A stretch of 63,667 bases of DNA, the filler included, from Octopus bimaculoides (Eukaryota), in NCBI RefSeq assembly GCF_001194135.2. It is 8 parts of 8 records of this genome, joined end to end, with 100 filler letters (N's around TTAATTAATTAA, not from the genome) between each part and the next. Parts side by side here need not be neighbours in the genome. Positions count along the whole stretch, not along the records: positions 1 to 16,000 come from NC_068989.1; positions 16,101 to 46,583 come from NC_068995.1; 6 more parts are not named here. One strand, written 5' to 3'. This document shows positions 14,139 through 26,395 of this stretch, one piece after another. The stretch's first letter is position 1. Every line of letters begins with the position of its first letter. The position numbers and the translations under genes are program-made. The notes below the pieces were generated by a model that was not told where the DNA came from, searched no databases, and worked only from the letters and a program-made list of their open reading frames with translations.

Positions 14139-14353
14139 CTATGGTTTCAAATTTTGGAACAAGGCCAGCAATTCGAGGGAGGGGTCAAGTCGATTACGTC
14201 GGCACCAGTACGCTGCTGGTACTTATTTAATCGACCCCACGAAAAGGCTAAAGGCAAAAGATGAATTCGGTGGAAATTGAATTCAAAGCGTAAAGATGGA
14301 CGAAATGCGTATTTTTGTCCGGCTTGCTAAATGATTCTGCCAGCTTACGCCTT
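14139..14353 (-). mobile_element. SINE family A
   Basis: Reverse complement of full head, body and tail (GGTTTCAAATTTTGGAACAAGGCC..TTTAATCGACCCC..GCTAA.TGATTCTGCCAGC). Confidence 0.85.
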
Positions 14354-14358
14354 TACCG

Positions 14359-14417
<59 letters not shown>

Positions 14418-14475
14418 ACTACTACTACTACTACTACAACTACTGCTAATATTAATAATAATAATAATAATAATT
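14359..14475. repeat. (ACT)n(GCT)n(ACT)n(AAT)n compound trinucleotide repeat
   Basis: Directly visible. Explains the poly-T/A/N ORF 14331-14621. Confidence 0.95.
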
Positions 14476-14560
14476 CTTTATACTATAGGCACAAGGCCTG
14501 GAGTTTTAGAAATTTAATAATAATGTTAATAATAATAATAATAATAATAGTAATAATTAT

Positions 14561-14760
14561 TTATAATATAGGCACAAGGCATGGAATGTTAGGGGAGGGG
14601 ATCATCGATTACAGCACTTGAATGGTACTTAATTTATCAATCCCGAAAGAATAAAAGGCAATGTCAACTTCGGTAAGATTTGAACTAAAAATTTTGCGTC
14701 GGACGAACCGCTGCTACGTAATTTGTCCGGCTTGCTAAATGACTTAGCCAGCTTTCGCTC
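14561..14760 (-). mobile_element. SINE family A
   Basis: TATAGGCACAAGGC..GGTACTTAATTTATCAATCCCGAAAG..GGCTTGCTAAATGA. Confidence 0.8.
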
Positions 14761-14761
14761 T

Positions 14762-14794
<33 letters not shown>

Positions 14795-15239
14795 CACTAT
14801 AAAACGGCATATTCAAACATAAGCTAGTTTTGCGCAGCAACACTATTTTCGGTCAGCATCAATATTTTTTGTTGTACTTCGCATCAGCTATATGCCAGTT
14901 TGTACATATTTGTGTGGCCTGGTACCACTCTGCTAAATTTCTGTGAAAATTACGAAAATAAATGCAAAGACATGGATAAAGAAATTTTATTCGAGCATGT
15001 CAGATTATCTGTCATTATCAGCATACAGGTAACACAATGCCTTACTACTTCAATTTTAATCGTCACAATTTAACATTTCAAAATGGATTGAGTTTAAATT
15101 CTTTAGTTCGAATTAACAGTACGACGCACTTAACATCTAGCGCGATCTTCGTAGTGTCGAAGGCTTATCACTCAACTTAATGGTCCCTAGTTTTTAACAT
15201 GCATAGTGAATGCTCTTTGGTCAATATTTGGTGGCACAA

Positions 15240-15451
15240 GGCGGCGCGGTGGCAGAAACGTTAGCATGCCGGGCGAAATGCTTAGCGGTATTTCGTCTGT
15301 CTTTACGTTCTGAGTTCAAATACCGCCGAGGTCGATTTTGCTGTTCATCCTTTCGGGGTCGATAAATTAAGTACCCGTTGGGTACTGGGGTCGATTTAAT
15401 CGAATGGCCCCCTTCCCAAACATTTCGGCCCTTGTGCCTAGAGTAGAAAAG
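15240..15451 (+). mobile_element. SINE family A, full length with 17-bp TSD
   Basis: Complete head to tail. TSD AATATTTGGTGGCACAA (15223-39) / AATACTTGATGGCACAA (15452-68). Confidence 0.95.
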
Positions 15452-15677
15452 AATACTTGATGGCACAAATAATAAAAACATTTAATTATTATTGCGGATT
15501 TCGTGATTAAATAGTAAAGAGTTCACACCAAATTGGTATGGTTTTTCATCTTCTCCTTCTCGCAACTACGAATAGAAACTAGCGTGAAATGGTTCAATAG
15601 CAATATCGAACTAGCAATTACAGTGTTAGATTGCCGGAAACGAACCATTCTATCGCAAAAAGATATACATATATATA

Positions 15678-15760
15678 CTAGCAGTATAACCCGACGTTTT
15701 CCGGGTGTGACTTATTACGCCATCTACGATAAGTCTTGCTAGGTGAAAATCAACTAAAGA
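15678..15760 (-). mobile_element. Helitron 3' terminus
   Basis: Minus strand reads ACCCG-GAAAACGT-CGGGT hairpin, TATACTG, then CTAG|T: the canonical hairpin, CTRR end and T of an A/T target. Left boundary is precise, right boundary approximate. Confidence 0.7.
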
Positions 15761-15848
15761 AGAAAGCCTTACAATGAAAAAACCCTTATGATGTAAATAT
15801 GTTCATAATTCAAAAGACGAAATTAATAGGGAAAGTCTGAAGGGTGTT

Positions 15849-15976
15849 CACCCGCACGATTACGTAACCCTAACCCTAAAACCGTAACCGTAAGACTAAC
15901 CCTCATCGTAACCCTAAAACCGTAACCCTGACCCAAAAACCGTAACCCTAACACCCTAGTGAAAATTGTGCGGGTG
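15849..15976. repeat. Degenerate (TAACCC)n telomere-like array inside 13-bp inverted repeats
   Basis: CACCCGCACGATT (15849-61) and AATTGTGCGGGTG (15964-76) flank TAACCC/TAACCG/AAAACCG units. Confidence 0.75.
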
Positions 15977-16044
15977 TTAATCTGAATAATAATAATAATG
16001 NNNNNNNNNNNNNNNNNNNNNNNNNNNNNNNNNNNNNNNNNNNN

Positions 16045-16056
16045 TTAATTAATTAA
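16045..16056. other. Artificial contig spacer TTAATTAATTAA within 44N+12+44N
   Basis: Same construct at 46628, 52167, 54997, 57504, 60594 and 62351. Stops in all six frames. Confidence 0.97.
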
Positions 16057-16100
16057 NNNNNNNNNNNNNNNNNNNNNNNNNNNNNNNNNNNNNNNNNNNN

Positions 16101-16159
<59 letters not shown>

Positions 16160-16563
16160 TGTGTGTGTCTGTGTATATATATGTATATATATATATGAGA
16201 AGGCGTTGTTAAAGTCCTGATATTGAAAACATCCAGAAAGAAGACGTGAACATATCAACGTTCAATAGTAGAATGGTGGTGGAGGTGGCTACTAAGTGGT
16301 GAAAAGAAAGAAAAGTAAATAAAGTAAATAAATAGAAAGATAGGTAGATAGACTCAGAGGGGAAGTTAAAGATTAGCGTTAAGGGTAATGGTAGGTATAT
16401 AAACATACAGTGTTTAAGAATATAGTGTAGAAAGATAGCCAAGACGATAAGAGAGAGTGAGGAGGAGGTGGAATTAGAGGAAGATAACGTACAAAGATAA
16501 ACAAAATGGAGAAAATGAAAGGGATTTAAAGAGAATAGTAAATGTCAGTGGTATTCCTCTAGT

Positions 16564-16956
16564 CTAGGAAGCTGGACCGCTTCCTGCCGGCCTTGACAGA
16601 TTTCCTATGTCCTTATATTTGTGAGGGGGGAGACAAGCACCCCACCAAACCTAATCTGCACTCAGGGATATGTTTCTGAGTCATTGCTCGTCATCAGCCT
16701 GAATATATCTGTCAACCTCTCGCAAATATATATATATTTCTAGTGAAAACGCATTCACTGATTACAAAAATTAGAAATGATCTAATTATAAATCTCACAG
16801 TGATTTAAGCAACAGTGTTACGATAAAGCAGTTGTATACTGTCAACTTAATGTGACAGTCCCAATAAGGGAATCATACTACTGCTTTTTAGCCCTAGGAA
16901 GCTGGACCACTTCCTGTCGTCCTTGACACATTTCCTGTGCCCTTATATTTGCGAGG
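16564..16956 (-). mobile_element. Retrozyme-like partial tandem (330-bp period) containing a type I HHR
   Basis: Direct repeat of ~63 bp at 16564-16626 and 16894-16956. HHR at 16661-16703 lies between them. Confidence 0.6.
16661..16703 (-). ncRNA. Type I hammerhead ribozyme motif (two point changes)
   Basis: Minus strand: stem I TTCAGG/CCTGAG, core CTGATGA, stem II (C)GAG-caatga-CTC(A), GAAA, stem III ACATAT (one base from palindrome ACATGT), C17. Confidence 0.75.
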
Positions 16957-17964
16957 AGGATATATAATTTTGCAAATATAAAATTTTGTTTAATATTTTG
17001 ACTTGAACAGTGTTTCATTAGAATTGCTCAGTGTTCACATAAAAAATTCGTGCAAATTTTAAAAAATGAATAGAAATAACATTTATGCAACATTATAAAT
17101 GCGAACATAAAAACTCAATGCTGTACTAAAGCTCTACGCTGTACTAAAATTTGAATATGTAAATCTATGTATGAACCGCCTTCTCACCAGAATGGAAAGA
17201 ATACTTTCTCAGATAATTGTTATTTATTATTATGATATTAAGTTTACTATTAGTTTATGTTGCTACTATACTGTGCTCAAGACAGCAATAATAAACCTAA
17301 GTTGACTTCAGTCTGTTCAAAACACATGTTCACAAGACGGAATAGTAATGCGCTTAATATGTCGGCGTAAGTAAAATCTTGTATCTTTGGAATAGCGACA
17401 TGCAATGTCGAGAATAATGTATAGCTCCTTGTGTCTATCTAATGTAAACTGATTCAGTGAGATTTCATGAATATATCTGAGCAATGGAACTAGAATATAT
17501 TTCCGATCAATTTTTTTTATTTATTATAAATGACAGAAGCACAGCTTAATATGACATTCTGAGCATGAAATACTCTCTACGGATAGAAATGAAAGTGAGA
17601 CCTATAGTGTTATTGAATGCTGTTGGTATACAGTCATAGCTAAATGTTAGGTATTTCAGCCTAAAATTGGAGATGTTGTCAATCTTAAGAATTTACAATC
17701 ACTTGCAATACTAAATATTTGGTTAGTTCCTTGACGGTTATGATAAACCATGTTCGTGATATTACGTTTCCTTCAGTTTCACTTATGAATTAGTGTAGAT
17801 TTTCTTTTGCAATTTATTTTCTTTGTTTTCGCCCCAATATTCTTTAACGCCCGTTAATGTTTTTGCCAGAGCCTGTATTACGTTGTGCGTTTTACAATGT
17901 TTGATGTTAGGTGTTTGCTTCAGTGTATACAATTGGTGTGTCAAATATTTAGTAGGGAGTTGGT

Positions 17965-18283
17965 TAAGACGCGTAGCTTGGTTAGATTATTCATATTGCA
18001 ATCGTAAGGTCGTGTGTTCGTTACCCAGTGAGGCGTTGTGTCCCTGAGCAAGACACTTTAGTTAACGTTGCCGCAGTTCACGCAACTTGCAAAGATGAGC
18101 TGTACTTGTAATACAAAAGGCCAACCTTTTCATATCCTGTGTGACGCTGAATCTTCTTGAGAACTACGTTAAGGGTACGCGTGTCTATTGAGTGCTCGGC
18201 CACCTGCAAGTTAATTTCAGGAGCAAGCAGTCCCGTTAATCGGATTAACTGGAACCCCCGACGTCGTGAACGACGGTCTTCCA
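17965..18283 (+). mobile_element. SINE family C (tRNA head + CORE-like domain), short variant
   Basis: CGTAGCTTGGTTAG..GGTCGTGTGTTCGTTACCC..CCCTGAGCAAGACACTTTA, tail GAGAACTACGTTAAGGGTAC..CTGGAACCCCCGACGTCGTGAACGACGG. Confidence 0.85.
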
Positions 18284-19031
18284 GTGGGGACTTGCATACT
18301 GAATTCTATTGTCATTAACACATGTTATTTATATATTTCTATTTTGTTGTTTTGTAGGTTTTTTTACGTTTAATTTTAAAGTGAATTCCATTTTTATGCT
18401 TCCATTTGTAGGTGAGATTTTATCTGCAGTGGAACGTCTTTTAATTTTATTGATAATAAATTTGTCAGTTTCGATTCCAGTGTTCTTAACCTATATTACA
18501 AATTACTCCAACGTTCTTAGCCAGCTTCCTGGCATATTTTTGCTATGGTGTCGTGATTTTTCTCTAAATAGGTCTTCTACCCCATCTATAATGCATTATT
18601 GTGTAATTTGCATGTAATACTTCAGTAAAATTTTACTGATACTAGTGCTTATCTAAATGTTATGTTTGGTTTGGAGGGTCTTTTCGTATGGTTATAACAA
18701 TAGACTAACATAATGATGCTTATCATTTTGTTTTACTGCTGATTGAGTAGCTCTTTTAAACTTTGTGTGTTATTTTTTCAATTGTTTGAAATTTGTTTAT
18801 TTTTATACAAAATTTCTTTTCGTTTTGTCATATGTGCTTGTTATAAAAAATGATATGTTGCATGAAACGACAACTATCAATTGTATTTACTGAATATATT
18901 TGAATTGTTTTCTTTGTATTCGCAAGTTCCCTCCAATTTCTTTCATTTGCGCAAAATGCAACAACATATATTCACATACTTTAAGCTATCTCAATATTAC
19001 ATTTCGTCTCGTGAACACGATGAGTCTGGTA

Positions 19032-19211
19032 ATATACTTAGCGGTATTTCGTCCGTCTTTACGCTTCGAGTTCAAATTCACTCGGGGTCGACTTTGCCTT
19101 TCCCCTTTCGGGCTCGATAGAATAAGTACCAGTTAAGCAGAGGTTTCGATATAATCGACTGTCTCCATCTCACCAAATTCCTCGCTTGCGTCAAAATTTG
19201 AAACCAATATT
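19032..19211 (+). mobile_element. SINE family A, 5'-truncated
   Basis: CTTAGCGGTATTTCGTCCGTCTTTACG..GGGGTCGACTTTGCCTTTC..AATTTGAAACCAATATT. Confidence 0.85.
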
Positions 19212-19330
19212 ACATTTCAGCTCTGAATTATAATGGGTAAAGTAAGCATTAGTTCTATGCACTTGTCTCTGGTGAAGTTCCATCACATGACTGAAACTAC
19301 TCAAACTGATTTTCTCTCTACTCAACGATA

Positions 19331-19535
19331 TTCTTTTTTTAATTCTTTTATTTGTTTCCGTCGTATGACTGCCCCCATGCTGGAGCACCGCCTTTAGTCA
19401 AACAAATCGATCCCAGGACTTATTCTTCGTATGCCTGATACTTATTCTATCGGTCTCTTTTTGCCGACCCGCTAAGTTACTGGAACGCAAACACCAATAT
19501 CGGTTGACAAACACAAACATATATATATATATATA
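19331..19535 (-). mobile_element. SINE family B, 3' half
   Basis: CATGCTGGAGCACCGCCTTTAGTC..CCCAGGACTTATTC..CTTATTCTATCGGTCTCTTTTTGCCG is the reverse complement of the family B tail. Confidence 0.9.
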
Positions 19536-19777
19536 NNNNNNNNNNNNNNNNNNNNNNNNNNNNNNNNNNNNNNNNNNNNNNNNNNNNNNNNNNNNNNNNN
19601 NNNNNNNNNNNNNNNNNNNNNNNNNNNNNNNNNNNNNNNNNNNNNNNNNNNNNNNNNNNNNNNNNNNNNNNNNNNNNNNNNNNNNNNNNNNNNNNNNNNN
19701 NNNNNNNNNNNNNNNNNNNNNNNNNNNNNNNNNNNNNNNNNNNNNNNNNNNNNNNNNNNNNNNNNNNNNNNNNNNNN

Positions 19778-20600
19778 AGCATTTAAGGCACATAATGCTT
19801 TATGAGTACAAAAAAAGGAAACTCTGTAGCCGAAGGGACTCGAAACATACACTCAGTTTATGGGAAAGAATATCTGAATGAAAGAACTTGCAGATGGTGG
19901 TTTACAAATTTCAGAAGTGGAGATTTCAGCCTTGAAGATGAAAATCGAACAGGACGTCCAGTTGAGTTTTATGATAAGCTCCTTAAGGCATTAATTGAAG
20001 AAAATCCTGCATTATCAGTTGAAGAGATTGGCAATAAAGCTTAGTTCAAACCATACAACTGTTCATCGACATCTTCAACTTGGAAAGGTTCCTAAACTTG
20101 GAAAATGGATGCCTCATGAATTGTCCGAAAGCAACCGCAAATCCCAAGCTGATATCTGCTATTCTCTCCATTCTCGAGAACTTATTTCACCCTTTTTGGA
20201 TAAACTTGTGACTGTTGACGAAAAATGGATCTTCTATCGAAATGTTAAATGTCGTAAACAGTGGCTTGGTAAAAGGGGGAAACTCAACCACAACCGAGAA
20301 AGGAACTTCATGGGAAAAAAAAGGTTCTTTTCTCTATCTGGTGGGATTGCAAAGGAGCAATTCACTTTGAATTTGTTACCACCTCATGCAACAATCAATA
20401 CTCATGTCTACTGTCAGCAATTAGAGCGTTTGAACCAAGCTTTGAAGAAAAAAGACCCGCTTTAGTGAATCAAAAAGGGGTGATGTTTCATCAGAACAAT
20501 GCGCGACCCCACACTGCAAAGATCACATCAAAGAAGATCGAAGATCTTGGTTAGGAAAAAGTTCCCCATCTACCTTATCCTCCCGACCTTGCTACTTCAG
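19778..20600 (+). mobile_element. Mariner transposase pseudogene (frameshifted, both ends in gaps)
   Basis: HTH region (GKEYLNERTCRWWFTNFRSGDFSLED), WMPHEL (20106-23), TVDEKW, HQNNA (second catalytic D mutated to N), YPPDLATS. Confidence 0.95.
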
Positions 20601-21194
20601 NNNNNNNNNNNNNNNNNNNNNNNNNNNNNNNNNNNNNNNNNNNNNNNNNNNNNNNNNNNNNNNNNNNNNNNNNNNNNNNNNNNNNNNNNNNNNNNNNNNN
20701 NNNNNNNNNNNNNNNNNNNNNNNNNNNNNNNNNNNNNNNNNNNNNNNNNNNNNNNNNNNNNNNNNNNNNNNNNNNNNNNNNNNNNNNNNNNNNNNNNNNN
20801 NNNNNNNNNNNNNNNNNNNNNNNNNNNNNNNNNNNNNNNNNNNNNNNNNNNNNNNNNNNNNNNNNNNNNNNNNNNNNNNNNNNNNNNNNNNNNNNNNNNN
20901 NNNNNNNNNNNNNNNNNNNNNNNNNNNNNNNNNNNNNNNNNNNNNNNNNNNNNNNNNNNNNNNNNNNNNNNNNNNNNNNNNNNNNNNNNNNNNNNNNNNN
21001 NNNNNNNNNNNNNNNNNNNNNNNNNNNNNNNNNNNNNNNNNNNNNNNNNNNNNNNNNNNNNNNNNNNNNNNNNNNNNNNNNNNNNNNNNNNNNNNNNNNN
21101 NNNNNNNNNNNNNNNNNNNNNNNNNNNNNNNNNNNNNNNNNNNNNNNNNNNNNNNNNNNNNNNNNNNNNNNNNNNNNNNNNNNNNNNNNNNNNA

Positions 21195-21227
<33 letters not shown>

Positions 21228-21439
21228 GTTGGTTGTCTACACTTTATGCAGACTTTGATCACCTCTGATACCTAAATCTTAGAACCATGATGGCATCTGA
21301 TGTGGCTTTTTAAATCAGACAATGTTCTGAAAAGCACCCACATAGATTGCATATCCGATTTTGACCACCAAGAGCTGTAGATAAATTCTGATTTTTTGTG
21401 GATCTTAAAATGTCTTTTGAAGCCTCCGTTAGATTTTCA

Positions 21440-21599
21440 AACCTTCTTTTAGTCTCGGTCTACCAAATCCATTCACAAGGCTTTGGTCGGCCTTAGGTTT
21501 ATAGTAGAAGACACTCGCCCGAGGTGCCACGCAGTGAGACTGGACCTGGAACCATGTGGTTGGGAAGCAAGCTTCTTTCCACACTGCCACACCTGCGCT
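21440..21599 (-). mobile_element. SINE family B, 5' half
   Basis: GTCTACCAAATCCATTCACAAGGCTTTGGTCGG..GGAACCATGTGGTTGGGAAGCAAGCTTCTT..CCACACCTGCGC. Confidence 0.9.
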
Positions 21600-22698
21600 T
21601 ATGCTAGATACAGAGAAGACAGTTATGTTTCAGCATGTTGAGTGTGTTGGCTAAACCTCTACAGATATATTTCCTTTATATCGTGATATGTAGCTATAAC
21701 TGTATAATTCCCTCAATTGCAGAATATTGTACTGTTATTTTTTAAGCAAGTGTAAGTGCGTAATTAAACCCTTCATATTCAAATATATATAAATGAAAGT
21801 AGCTATAGGTATATATGTAGTGTAACAAACTGTATTCCTAGAAGAATTTTGTTTTGCTTAATGCACATTTTAAAATATACGAAGTAAGATGGGGCTACGC
21901 AAAAATATTTCGGTATTATTAAATGTCTTCAGAAGTAACATCTACGAAGTAACATTCAAGTGGTTTCATTTATAAATGCGCTAACAGCTTTATTTTCCTT
22001 ACTTTTAATTAATGTTACTCATATATTTACTCGTTCCATCATAAATACCTCTGAAATTACAATGGTGTATATATTTCAAGATGTTATAAGACAGAATTGA
22101 TATTTGACAAGCTAGGCAAATATGAAAATATAATTCATCATTTAGATAGCTTTTTAATTATTTATTTTTTCACTGAGCACATGAACATTTCTAATTTGTT
22201 TCTTCCTGTTCACTTCATTTTATGTGAAGCAGCTACTGTCATCAATGTTTTTCATGCCAAATCCGTTACACAGAGATTAATATTCCTAATAAAACTTTTG
22301 TTCAAATATAACTTCACTTGCTTATTCGTGTAGAATATATTGCATCTAATTAATTATTCTCTCATTACTATTTCGGCAAGCACGGCAATATCTATGCTTC
22401 ACTGAGAACATTTATTAATACCAATACGTTATTCACTGTTGTCTCGCGTGCTTACCGTAATGATTAAAATGATAATGATAATAAAGTTAAAGATGTGTTT
22501 TCCTCACTATAAAAGTATTTATAATTTCCTCTTTCATGTTCACTACATTAAATTCTTTTTAAAACAGATGACATCAAGGAGTTGCTTACTTGAATTACGT
22601 GCATGTGCGCACGCTTGTGAATGTATATATATTTGAATACATATTAATTAATCTATCTATTTATCTATTTATCTATCAATTAATCTGTGTATATATAT

Positions 22699-22737
<39 letters not shown>

Positions 22738-22968
22738 CGTGTGCGTATATATATATANNNNNNNNNNNNNNNNNNNNNNNNNNNNNNNNNNNNNNNNNNN
22801 NNNNNNNNNNNNNNNNNNNNNNNNNNNNNNNNNNNNNNNNNNNNNNNNNNNNNNNNNNNNNNNNNNNNNNNNNNNNNNNNNNNNNNNNNNNNNNNNNNNN
22901 NNNNNNNNNNNNNNNNNNNNNNNNNNNNNNNNNNNNNNNNNNNNNNNNNNNNNNNNNNNNNNNNNNNN

Positions 22969-23019
22969 NGAGAGAGAGAGAGAGAGAGAGAGAGATAGAA
23001 AGACAGATAGACAGACAGG

Positions 23020-23092
<73 letters not shown>
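22969..23092. repeat. (AG)n + (GATA)n microsatellite
   Basis: Directly visible. Confidence 0.95.
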
Positions 23093-24028
23093 CTATTTTC
23101 ACTGACCCTAGTGTACACATGGATGAGTAAAAAATTTATGCAAATAAAATGTGATTATTTTCTAACTCACTACTGTATCAAAGTGTATTATTTGTTGCGT
23201 TTTTTTAAATTTATTTTCTAAGCTCTTAGGCTAAATATATCACGCAATAAGAAAAGGGAATGCAGCAGTTACTTCATTTGTTAACGAAATGAATGAAAAA
23301 TCACAAGGAAATACCTATTGCTTTACAACTGTCGTAATTGCATAGATAAATTCTAATAAATATTTTGATACTGTTTCTTTCAAGGATTTTCCTTTAATAA
23401 TCCAATTATAGTTAATTTTATTTGGCGTGTAATACTTGTATTCTACTGAAAATAAATTTTTACGTTGAAGAATTTTGTCTATTCACTGGCCATGTGCTGC
23501 ATAAGTAGAGAGATGTAGGTTCAATAGTGATTCAAAATCATTCAGAATTGTAACATTCAATTCTGTAATCTTTATAAATGCTTTAATTTGATTATTAATT
23601 TCATTCATATTTTACATCTTAGCTGATGCTTATTTTTCTATATGTCAAAAGAGAATTCTCTGTCAACTGCTTGCTACATAATTTATTGGAGGTTTAATAT
23701 GTGATATAATATTTGAATGATGTTTCATAATACTCAAATTGATAAAGTACAGATTTGAATTACGTGCTTGGCTTCGTATATTTTCATCGAAGTAATACAA
23801 TAAATTATATTTACATCTTCGTAAACCTTAACAGGTCGTTCGTCTTGAAGGCAACTGAATGCTGCACGAGAAAGGTGAAGAATTTATTTAAATCTCTACT
23901 TGTTTTATTTAAACACTTTCAATTAAAATGATGAATATATTAATATGTTTTTTGTTCTAGAATTTGTTTAAAAATTATCCCACATATTCAATCTCTTAGG
24001 TTTCGACTGATATTCTTTTATACTAAAT

Positions 24029-24214
24029 ATTCTTTTATATTCTAGGCATAAGGCCCAAAAGTTATGGGGAGGGGGTCCCAGTCGATTAGATCGAGCCCAG
24101 TTCGCAACTGATACTTAATTTATCGACCCCGAAAGACAAAGTCGACCTCGGCGGAATTTGAACTCAGAACGTAGGCAGACGAAATAGCGCTAAGCTTTTC
24201 GCCCGGCGTGCTAA
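24029..24214 (-). mobile_element. SINE family A (head clipped)
   Basis: TTTATCGACCCCGAAAGACAAAGTCGACCTCGGCGGAATTTGAACTCAGAACG. Confidence 0.9.
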
Positions 24215-24216
24215 AT

Positions 24217-24448
24217 TTTCTTTCTTCTTTATTACCCACAAGGGACTAAACATAGAGTAGACAAGCAAGGACAAAGGGATTAAGTCGATTACATTGACCC
24301 CAGTGCGTAACTGGTACTTAATTCATCGACCCGAGAGGATGAAAGGCAAAGTCGACCTCGGGGGAATTTGGACTCAGAACGTAACGGTAGACGAAATACT
24401 GCTAAGCCTTTCGCCTGGCGTGCTAAAGTTTCTGCCGGCTCGCTGCCT
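24217..24448 (-). mobile_element. SINE family A with alternative 3' tail
   Basis: Same body, but tail reads ..GTCTACTCTATGTTTAGTCCCTTGTGGGTAATAAAGAAGAAA on the minus strand. Confidence 0.9.
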
Positions 24449-26229
24449 TTATTCTCGCCTAAATATTAATTACATACATAGGCACAAATTTAGGGAATGA
24501 CTATAACCAATTCTAGGAACACGGTAGTCATGTTTATTTTATCTATGTCACAATAATACAAATTAAATGCTAGAGCAGTAGAAGGTTATTTTAAAATATG
24601 AATCTGATTTGATCTTCATCATAGGTTTAAACGATTCCCAGAAAGTTTTAGTTTCCAATTCAGACAAAACGGTGCTGTAATACAGCTATATTGTTTTTCT
24701 AGTTTATATCACTTAATATTAATAATCGTATGCTGGTGAGTCATTTAAATGTGACCTTACTAAAACATCACACTTAAGATTATTGTCGATTAAATCAAAG
24801 GTATTATACGTTTACAATGGTGTCGTATGAAATGAATTTCAAATCCGAAATTAGAGCAATGGGAACAGCCGCTACTGACTCTGATCCATATAATCTAATG
24901 TAGTTTATAATATCTAATGTTGCGTATCTGTTTTCGTTATATTTCATGATATTGTTAATCATAAATATTCTTTCATCGCAGATGCAAATTGTATTCAAAA
25001 CACTGATTTTCTTAAATTTAGTTACGAGAATGTATATAAACACACATGTAATTCACATCTTAAATTTCTCGGTCTATAGTTATCTAGCTATAATTCAGAG
25101 TAATATTTTTTTTATGAAGAAATGTTAAGTCGCACTAGAAATTTGAACGAATTGTTCTGCTTGGTATAGTTATTGCATTCCTTGTTTAGACATAAGTCAG
25201 CTGTGAACACATAGATCTATGCTCGAATAATTTCAAACAACACCTATAGCGTCTCTTACTCAGAATTATTATACCTAAAATTACACAATTCAATATGTTA
25301 AAGATGAAATATTGTGTTCGAGAGGGATTAAGTCATCATTTCTAGTAAGATGAACGATTTGTTTTGGTCGTAGAGTCCTGTGTAAGTTGTTACTTCATAT
25401 AATTCTGCTAAGAAAAAAATTAGTTCAAATATTAATTTAAATATTCTGTAAAATCACATTGGAAAAATTTGATACAAATAATTGTCAGATAATTAAACTA
25501 ACACGGTTTTAATTGAACAACGGAAATGAACTGGAGGATGAAAATTGGTTGTTGTTGGGTAAACTTGATAACGTAATTGTAGCCGATACATTATTTAGAA
25601 CTGAACAGACTTTTGGTGGATATTAATAACTATTCATCATGTTGTGTTCTATGAACGATTCTACTTATTTCTTTCTCGATTTATGGTTGCAAATGGGACA
25701 TTATATCTAGCTCCTTGATGTTCTTAAGACTTGGATAACATCTTACTCAAACACACACGCACACAAACACACATTGACACAGACACACAAACACACGCAT
25801 ACACACTCACATACTCACACACACTCACATACTCGCGTGTGCACTTATTTAAATTGCTAAAAGTGCCGCAAGTATGTAATATATCAGTTGAATATGCAGT
25901 GCGCTGAATGCAAACAATTCAAGTATTATATCAGGATGCAATTTAGTTATACAAAGCATTACTATTAATCCAATACAGATAAAGATTTTGAGAATGCAAA
26001 CATATTCATAGAAAATGGATATGTATATATATATATATATGCAAGCATCTGTTACCTATCTAGCGATCTCTCTCTTTCTGTCTTTCGCGCTCTCTCTTTC
26101 TGTATTTAAATGCATATATAAGCACATATGTTTGAATATAATAAATAAAAAAATTAAATATTCTACACGAGTCCTGGGAACTTGAGTCTCATGTACTGGA
26201 TTCTGTGGCGTAAAAGTCCTTCCCCTTGG

Positions 26230-26395
26230 CGGGACACCGGCCCGTCACAATATTATTCATTGTTCCCAGCTACGTTGAATGGAACAACGTGAAATGAATT
26301 GTTTTGCTCCAAAACACAATGCATTGTCCGGTCTGGGAATCGAAACTACAATCTGACGATCATCAGAGCAACGTCCTATCATTATGGCATTCGTA
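26230..26395 (-). mobile_element. Degenerate CORE-type SINE head (family C-related)
   Basis: Minus strand GTTTCGATTCCCAGACCGG..TTGGAGCAAAACAATTCATTTCACGTTGTTCCATTCAAC. Confidence 0.6.

Noticed and set aside
18309-18900. Possible decayed PLE N-terminal region on the minus strand
   Set aside because: Only compositional resemblance, no diagnostic motif.
24625-24735. 111-bp open exon candidate ending in GTGAGT
   Set aside because: Peptide unrecognisable, AT-rich codons, no partner exons. Compatible with chance.
25515-25625. DNVIVADTLF, resembling an APE endonuclease segment
   Set aside because: Too short and no adjacent LINE homology.
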